Shown here: piece by piece, positions 57,081-64,000 of the stretch | How positions within the stretch are numbered: the first letter of the stretch is position 1 | Layout of the letters: each line of letters opens with the position of its first letter | Source of the DNA: Scyliorhinus canicula | Lineage: Eukaryota | Assembly: GCF_902713615.1 (NCBI RefSeq) | Contig: NW_024055720.1 | Location: 1 to 64,000 of the forward strand | Reading direction: 5' to 3' | Length of the DNA stretch: 64,000 nt | Position numbers and translations under genes: made by a program | The notes under the pieces: model-generated | Told to the model about the DNA's origin: nothing | The model's database searches: none | What the model saw: the letters and a program-made list of their open reading frames with translations, nothing else

Positions 57081-59923
57081 TTCAGCAGGGGCATGGGAAC
57101 CTGGATTGTAGTTTTAGGGTACGGGAGATTGAGAGTATAGAGGTCAGGAGCACAGATTTGACTTCGCAGGAGGGTGCCAGTGTTCAGGTAGGTGGTTTGA
57201 AGTGTGTCTACTTCAATGCCAGGAGTATACGAAATAAGGTAGGGGAACTGGCAGCATGGGTTGGTACCTGGGACTTCGATGTTGTGGCCATTTCAGAGAC
57301 ATGGATAGAGCAGGGACAGGAATGGTTGTTGCAGGTTCCGGGGTTTAGGTGTTTTAGTAAGCTCAGAGAAGGGGGCAAAAGAGGGGGAGGTGTGGCGCTG
57401 CTAGTCAAGGACAGTATTACGGTGGCGGAAAGGATGCTAGATGGGGACTCTTCTTCTGAGGTAGTATGGGCTGAGGTTAGAAACAGGAAAGGAGAGGTCA
57501 CCCTGTTGGGAGTTTTCTATAGGCCACCTAATAGTTCTAGGGATGTAGAGGAAAGGATGGCGAAGATGATTCTGGAAAAGAGCGAAAGTAACAGGGTAGT
57601 TGTTATGGGAGACTTTAACTTTCCAAATATTGACTGGAAAAGATATAGTTCGAGTACATTAGATGGGTCATTCTTTGTACAATGTGTGCAGGAGGGTTTC
57701 CTGACACAATATGTTGACAGGCCAACAAGAGGCGAGGCCACATTGGATTTGGTTTTGGCTAATGAACCAGGCCAGGTGTTAGATCTGGAGGTAGGTGAGC
57801 ACTTTGGAAACAGTGACCACAATTCGGTGACCTTTACGTTAGTGATGGAAAGGGATAAGTATACCCCGCAGGGCAAGAGTTATAGCTGGGGGAAGGGCAA
57901 TTATGATGCCATTAGACATGACTTAGGATGTGTTGGTTGGAGAAGTAGGCTGCAAGGGTTGGGCACACTGGATATGTGGAGCTTGTTCAAGGAACAGCTA
58001 TTGCATGTTCTTGATAAGTACGTACCAGTCAGGCAGGGAGGAAGGGGTCGAGCGAGGGAACCGTGGTTTACCAAAGAAGTGGAATCTCTTGTTAAGAGGA
58101 AGAAGGAGGCCTATGTGAAGATGAGGCGTGAAGTTTCAGTTGGGGCGCTTGATATTTACAAGGAAGCGAGGAAGGATCTAAAGAGAGAGCTGAGACGAGC
58201 AAGGAGGGGACATGAGAAGTCTTTGGCAGGTAGGATCAAGGAAAACCCAAAAGCTTTCTATAGGTATGTCAGGAATAAAAGAATGACTAGGGTAAGAGTA
58301 GGGCCAGTCAAGGACAGTGGTGGGAAGTTGTGTGTGGAGGCTGAGGAGATAAGCGAGATACTAAATGAATACTTTTCGTCAGTATTCACTCAAGAAAAAG
58401 ATAATATTGTGGAGGAGAATGCTGAGACCCAGGCTACTAGAATAGATGGCATTGAGGTGCGTAGGGAAGAAGTGTTGGCAATTCTGGACAAGGTGAAAAT
58501 AGATAAGTCCCCGGGGCCGGATGGGATTTATCCTAGGATTCTCTGGGAAGCCAGGGAAGAGATTGCTGAGCCTTTGGCTTTGATTTTTAGGTCATCATTG
58601 GCTACAGGAATAGTGCCAGAGGACTGGAGGATAGCAAATGTGGTCCCTTTGTTCAAGAAGGGGAGTAGAGATAACCCCGGTAACTATAGGCCGGTGAGCC
58701 TCACGTCTGTGGTGGGTAAAGTCTTGGAGAGGATTATAAAAGATACGATTTATAATCATCTAGATAGGAATAATATGATTAGGGACAGTCAGCATGGTTT
58801 TGTGAAGGGTAGGTCATGCCTCACAAACCTTATCGAGTTCTTTGAGAAGGTGACTGAACAGGTAGATGAGGGTAGAGCAGTTGATGTGGTGTATATGGAT
58901 TTCAGTAAAGCGTTTGATAAGGTTCCCCACGGTCGTCTATTGCAGAAAATACGGAGGCTGGGGATTGAGGGTGATTTAGAGATGTGGATCAGAAATTGGC
59001 TAGTTGAAAGAAAACAGAGAGTGGTAGTTGATGGGAAATGTTCAGAATGGAGTTCAGTTACGAGTGGCGTACCACAAGGATCTGTTCTGGGGCCGTTGCT
59101 GTTTGTCATTTTTATAAATGACCTAGAGGAGGGCGCAGAAGGATGGGTGAGTAAATTTGCAGACGACACTAAAGTCGGTGGAGTTGTAGACAGTGCGGAA
59201 GGATGTTGCAGGTTACAGAGGGACATAGATAAGCTGCAGAGCTGGGCTGAGAGGTGGCAAATGGAGTTTAATGTGGAGAAGTGTGAGGTGATTCACTTTG
59301 GAAAGAATAACAGAAATGCGGAATATTTGGCTAATGGTAAAATTCTTGGTAGTGTGGATGAGCAGAGGGATCTCGGTGTCCATGTACATAGATCCCTGAA
59401 AGTTGCCACCCAGGTTGATAGGGTTGTGAAGAAGGCCTATGGTGTGTTGGCCTTTATTGGTAGAGGGATTGAGTTCCGGAGCCATGAGGTCATGTTGCAG
59501 TTGTACAAAACTCTAGTACGGCCGCATTTGGAGTATTGCGTCCAGTTCTGGTCGCCTCATTATAGGAAGGACGTGGAAGCTTTGGAACGGGTGCAGAGGA
59601 GATTTACCAGGATGTTGCCTGGTATGGAGGGAAAATCTTATGAGGAAAGGCTGATGGACTTGAGGTTGTTTTCGTTAGAGAGAAGAAGGTTAAGAGGTGA
59701 CTTAATAGAGGCATACAAAATGATCAGAGGGTTAGATAGGGTGGACAGCGAGAGCCTTCTCCCGCGGATGGAGGTGGCTAGCACGAGGGGACATAGCCTT
59801 AAATTGAGGGGTAATAGATATAGGACAGAGGTCAGAGGTGGGTTTTTTTACGCAAAGAGTGGTGAGGCCGTGGAATGCCCTACCTGCAACAGTAGTGAAC
59901 ATGCCAACATTGAGGGCATTTAA
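57062..59923 (+). CDS. CR1 ORF2 (APE endonuclease plus RT), 953 aa, frameshifted near the C-terminus
   Basis: YFNARS, ISETW, GDFNFP, SDHN endonuclease motifs; PGPDG, GVPQGS, FADD RT motifs; T-run slip at ~59845. Confidence 0.93.
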   Translation: MGGFKLIQQGHGNLDCSFRVREIESIEVRSTDLTSQEGASVQVGGLKCVYFNARSIRNKVGELAAWVGTWDFDVVAISETWIEQGQEWLLQVPGFRCFSKLREGGKRGGGVALLVKDSITVAERMLDGDSSSEVVWAEVRNRKGEVTLLGVFYRPPNSSRDVEERMAKMILEKSESNRVVVMGDFNFPNIDWKRYSSSTLDGSFFVQCVQEGFLTQYVDRPTRGEATLDLVLANEPGQVLDLEVGEHFGNSDHNSVTFTLVMERDKYTPQGKSYSWGKGNYDAIRHDLGCVGWRSRLQGLGTLDMWSLFKEQLLHVLDKYVPVRQGGRGRAREPWFTKEVESLVKRKKEAYVKMRREVSVGALDIYKEARKDLKRELRRARRGHEKSLAGRIKENPKAFYRYVRNKRMTRVRVGPVKDSGGKLCVEAEEISEILNEYFSSVFTQEKDNIVEENAETQATRIDGIEVRREEVLAILDKVKIDKSPGPDGIYPRILWEAREEIAEPLALIFRSSLATGIVPEDWRIANVVPLFKKGSRDNPGNYRPVSLTSVVGKVLERIIKDTIYNHLDRNNMIRDSQHGFVKGRSCLTNLIEFFEKVTEQVDEGRAVDVVYMDFSKAFDKVPHGRLLQKIRRLGIEGDLEMWIRNWLVERKQRVVVDGKCSEWSSVTSGVPQGSVLGPLLFVIFINDLEEGAEGWVSKFADDTKVGGVVDSAEGCCRLQRDIDKLQSWAERWQMEFNVEKCEVIHFGKNNRNAEYLANGKILGSVDEQRDLGVHVHRSLKVATQVDRVVKKAYGVLAFIGRGIEFRSHEVMLQLYKTLVRPHLEYCVQFWSPHYRKDVEALERVQRRFTRMLPGMEGKSYEERLMDLRLFSLERRRLRGDLIEAYKMIRGLDRVDSESLLPRMEVASTRGHSLKLRGNRYRTEVRGGFFYAKSGEAVECPTCNSSEHANIEGI

Positions 59924-61621
59924 AAATTTATTGGATAAGCATATGGATGATAAGGGCATAGTGTAGGTTCGATGGCCTTTAGATTTTTTCCATGTCGGTG
60001 CAACATCGAGGGCCGAAGGGCCTGTACTGCGCTGTATCGTTCTATGTTCTAAAGATAGGGGTAACCCCAGGTTAAAGAGGTGTGAATTGTCTCAAGCCAG
60101 GACAGTTGGTAGGATTTTGCAAGCCCAGGCCTGATGGTGGGGGATGAATGTAATGCGACATGAATCCCAGGTCCCGATTGAGGCCGCACTCATGTGTGCG
60201 GAACTTGGCTATAAATTTCTGCTCGGCAATTCTGCGGTATCGCGTGTCCTGTAGGCCGCCTTGGAGAACACTTACCCGGAGATCAGAGGCTGAATGCCCT
60301 CGACTGCTGAAGTGTTCCCCGACTGGAAGGGAACATTCCTGCCTGGTGATTGTCGCGCGATGTCCGTTCATTCACTGTTGCAATGTACCACACTACGGGA
60401 CATCCTTTCCTGCAGCGTATGAGGTGGACAACATTGGCCGAGTTGCACTAGTATGTACCTAGTGGGTGGTGTTCTCACATGTAATGGTGGTTTCCATGTC
60501 AATGATCTGGCACATCTTGCAGAGATTGCCCTGGCAGGGTTGTGTAGTGTCGTGGTCGTTGTTCTGAAGGCTGGGTAGTTTGCTGCCAACAATGGTTTGT
60601 TTGAGGTTGCGTGGTTGTTTGAAGGCAAGTAGTGGGGGTGTGGGGATGACCTTGGCAATATGTTCATCTTCATCGATGATGTGTTGAAGGCTGAGAAGAA
60701 GATGTTGTAGTTTCTCCGCTCCGGGAAAGTACTGAACAATGAAGGGTACTCTGTCGGTTGTGCCCCGTGTTTGTCTTCTGAGGAGGTTGGTGCGTTTTCT
60801 TGCTGTGGCGCGTTGGAACTGTCGATCGATGAGTCAAGCACCATACCTCATTCGTGTGAGGGCATCACTCAGCGTCTGTAGATGTCTGTTACGCTCCTCC
60901 TCGTCTGCGCAGATCCTGTGTATATGGAGGGCTTGTCCATAGGGGATGGATTCTTTAGTATATTTAGGGTGGAAGTGGAGAAGTGGAACATTGTGAGGTG
61001 ACCCGCAACAACGCAGAATCGCTGAGCAGAAACATATAGCCAAGTTCCGCCTACATGAGTTCGGCCTCAACTGGGGCCTGGGATTCATGTCACATTACAT
61101 TCATCCCCCACCATCTGGCCTGGGCTTGCAAAATCCTACCAACTGTCCTGGCTTGAGACAATTCACACCTCTTTAACCTGGGGTTACCCCTATCTCTGGA
61201 TCTGTAAAGACTTAATTACCTGCAAATGCTCGCATTCGAAGCATTGTCTGGCATCTTTGACTTTGTCGATATATATGTTTCTGGAACATACCTCTTCATT
61301 CACCTGAGGAAGGAACAGTGCTCCGAAAGCTAGTGTTTGAAGCAAACCTGTTGGACTTCAACCTTGTGTTGTAAGATTTCTTACTGTGCTCACCCCAGTC
61401 CAACGCCAGCACCTCCACATCATGATTAATATTGGTATTGTCTCGCACAGTAATAACTAAAGCAGAGAGAATCGCATCATTTATAAGTACAGAAACTGGC
61501 ATTAAATAAACAGAGCCGGCGGTGTACCGGAATTATTAAAACAAGGATACAAGTGGAGACAGTGCAGTGCAGTAGAAACCGAGAATTTCCTCACACAGTC
61601 CAAAGATGCGCAGGTTACATA

Positions 61622-62350
61622 GGACATAGAACATTACAGTGAAGTACAGGCCCTTTGAACCTCGATGCTGCGCCGACCTGTAAAACCACTCTAAAGCCCA
61701 TCTACACTATTCCCTTATCGCTCATCTGCCTATCCAATGACCATTTGAATGCGTTTAGTGTTGGCGAGTCCACTACTGTTGCAGGCAGGGCATTCCACGA
61801 CCTTACTACTCTCTGAGTAAAGAATCTACCTCTGACATCTGTCCTATATCTATCTCCCCTCAATTTAAATCTATGTCCCCTCGTGCTGGACGTCACCATC
61901 CGAGGAAAAAGGATCTCAATGTCCACCCTATCTAATCCTCTGATCATCTTGTATGCCTCAATTTAGTCACCTCTTAACCTTGTTCTCTCTAACGAAAACA
62001 GCCTCTAGTCCTTCAGCCTTTCCTTGTAAGATCTTCCCTCCGTACCAGGAAACATCCTTGTAAATCTCCTCTGTACCATTTCCAATGCTTCCACATCCTT
62101 CCTCTAATGTGGCGACCAGAACTGCACGCAATACTCCAAAGCCGGCCGCACCAGAGTTTTGTACAACTGCAACATGACCTCATGGCTCCGAAACTCAATT
62201 CCTCTACCAAAAAAAGCTAACACACCATACGCCTTCTTGACAATCGTCTCAACCTGGGTTGCAACTTTCAGGGATCTATGGACATCGACACGGAGATCTT
62301 TCTGCTCGTCCACATTGCCAAGAATCTTACCATTTGCCCAGTACTCTGTC
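61622..62350 (-). mobile_element. CR1 3' fragment
   Basis: KKAYGVLAFFGRGIEFRSHEVMLQLYKTLVRP; same subfamily as 56468-60047. Confidence 0.9.
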
Positions 62351-64000
62351 TTCCTGTTATTCCTTCCAAAATGAATCAAATCAAGGATAGGTGGATTGGC
62401 GATTCTAAAAGATTTTCCCTGAGTGTACAAAGGTTAAGTGGGGTTATGGGGATAGGATGGAGGAGGGGTCCTCAGTGGGGTGGCGTTTTGGAGGGCCGGT
62501 GCAGACTTGATGGGCCGACTGGCCTCCTTGTGCACTGTCGGGATTCTATGATTCTATGATTCTATGATTCTTTGAAAAGACACGGATTCACAATAACTGG
62601 GGCAGGGTTCTAATGTACTGGTTACTGTTACAGGGTAAATATTCATAATAACGGAGACAGGGTGTGCAGCAATGATTAATGGAGGGGAGTCCAGAATCAG
62701 GGACACAGTCTAAGGATATAGATGAGGAGAAATTTATTGACCTAGAGTGGTGAGCCTATGGAATTCTCTACCACACAAAACAGTTGGGGCCAAAGCATTG
62801 TATGTTTACTGGAAGGAATTATATATAGCGCTTGTGGCAATAGGGATCATATGATATGGAGGGAAAGCGAGAACAGTTTACTGAGTTGGATGATCAGCCA
62901 CGATTAGAATGAATGAAAGAGCAAGTTCAAGGGGTCGAACGACCTATTCCTTCACCTATTGTCTATGCTTCTATACTTCTATTGTTCTATGTAATGCAAA
63001 AAAGCCTAAATTAGATATAATCTGAAACAGGATCTAGTACAGTAATTCCTGATACAGGGTCTAGATTAATATAAACCGAGACAAGGTCGAGCGCAGTGAT
63101 TTCTGATGGGGAGGGGGGGGGGCTGTTCAGTAATATGAATTTAGAGAGGGTTCTCGAGCACTAATTGCTGATAGAGCGTCGAGATTAATATAAAGTAAGA
63201 CAGATTCTAATGCCGTAATTATTGATGCAGGGTCTAGATTAACGAAAACTGAGATAAGGTCTAATGCAGTGATTACTGACTCAGGGTATACATTCGTACA
63301 AAGCGAGGCAGGGTCGATTGCAGGGACTGCCCAAGATTAATGTTAATCAATGTCGGGCCGAGTGTGATGTTCACCGTTACACGTTTGAGATTATATACAT
63401 TAAGACATATGTGTGTTTTTTTCTGAGTGTTAGTGTGTGTGGACATTTTCACACCAAATTCCTGCACAAATAATTCCTTTGTTTTATACACCAATTAATG
63501 GGACGGAGTATGGGGAACTTTACTATCCACATACCCTGCGTTTTTCCTGCTCTGCAAGTATATGATGGTCCGCCAAAAAGGAAGCTTTACTCTGTTCCTC
63601 ACATGCGCTTTACCTGTCCTTCACATGTTAGATGGCGGATGTTGTGGAGGCGGCTTTGCTCTGTACTGTACCTGTCCTTCGAGTATTTGAGGGGAGATTG
63701 TAAAGCGAAGTTTATTCAGTAACTAAATGTTTACTGTTGGGGCCCTGGGAGTATATAATGGGACAGGTTTTCGGAAGTTTTATTCTTTATCGAAGCCTGT
63801 GATGCATTTGCCGTGAGAGTGTTTGCTGGTTCAGTGTGCAGGAAGCTTTGCTCTGTATATAACCCCGTACTGTACCTGGCCTGCGAGAATTTGACGGAAT
63901 AGTTTAGACAAGCAGAGCGTTACTAAAGGTGTCCTTGGAATTCTGATGGGACACGAGGAATGGAAAGGTCTGGGACAAATATCTTAATGTCTGTGTCATA

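Larger units (their letters stand above)
56468..60047 (+). mobile_element. Nearly full-length CR1 LINE
   Basis: TSD TCTAAA (56462-56467, 60048-60053); partial ORF1, ORF2 and TTCTATG tail. Confidence 0.93.
56284..61425 (-). mobile_element. 5'-truncated Penelope-like element with inverted terminal repeat, interrupted by a CR1
   Basis: GIY-YIG C-terminus (NGHR..VGEHF..EQKFIAKF..GLNRD) at 60072-60371; RT C-terminus HPKYTKESIPYGQALHIHRIC at ~60840-60990; 3' tail at 56284-56467 plus 60054-60075, inverted copy at ~61000-61425. Confidence 0.82.

Noticed and set aside
1-64000. NARTCR, IgHV/TAILV, D, J or C segments
   Set aside because: No 12-RSS-flanked D, no FGxG J with donor, no C domain and no IgNAR-like V was found.

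Overview
Vertebrate genomic DNA, most likely from a cartilaginous fish (inferred from V-gene style and SINE/CR1/Penelope content). Bases ~1-31,000 are part of a T-cell receptor alpha/delta-type V-segment array. It holds 8 V exons with open frames (7 with normal leader splicing) and about 12 V pseudogenes or relics, in both orientations, with 23-type RSSs. No D, J or C segments were seen. The array was built by ~3.2-kb tandem cassette duplications, and ~165-4370 is repeated in inverted orientation at ~38850-53435. The inverted copy carries the most notable feature, a very young, intact 9.85-kb LTR element (43297-53146, minus strand). It has retrovirus-type Pol (protease, RT, degenerate RNase H tether, second active RNase H, integrase). 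Gag and pol lie in one frame separated by a single UGA-CGG, and the PBS matches tRNA-Arg. In place of env it has a 117-aa predicted type-I membrane protein, probably made from a spliced RNA. The remainder is CR1 LINEs (one nearly complete), Penelope-like elements (one a 566-bp near-perfect palindrome), a hAT MITE, SINEs, minisatellites and a 235-N gap. Coordinates of degenerate elements are approximate; all alignments were done by eye.
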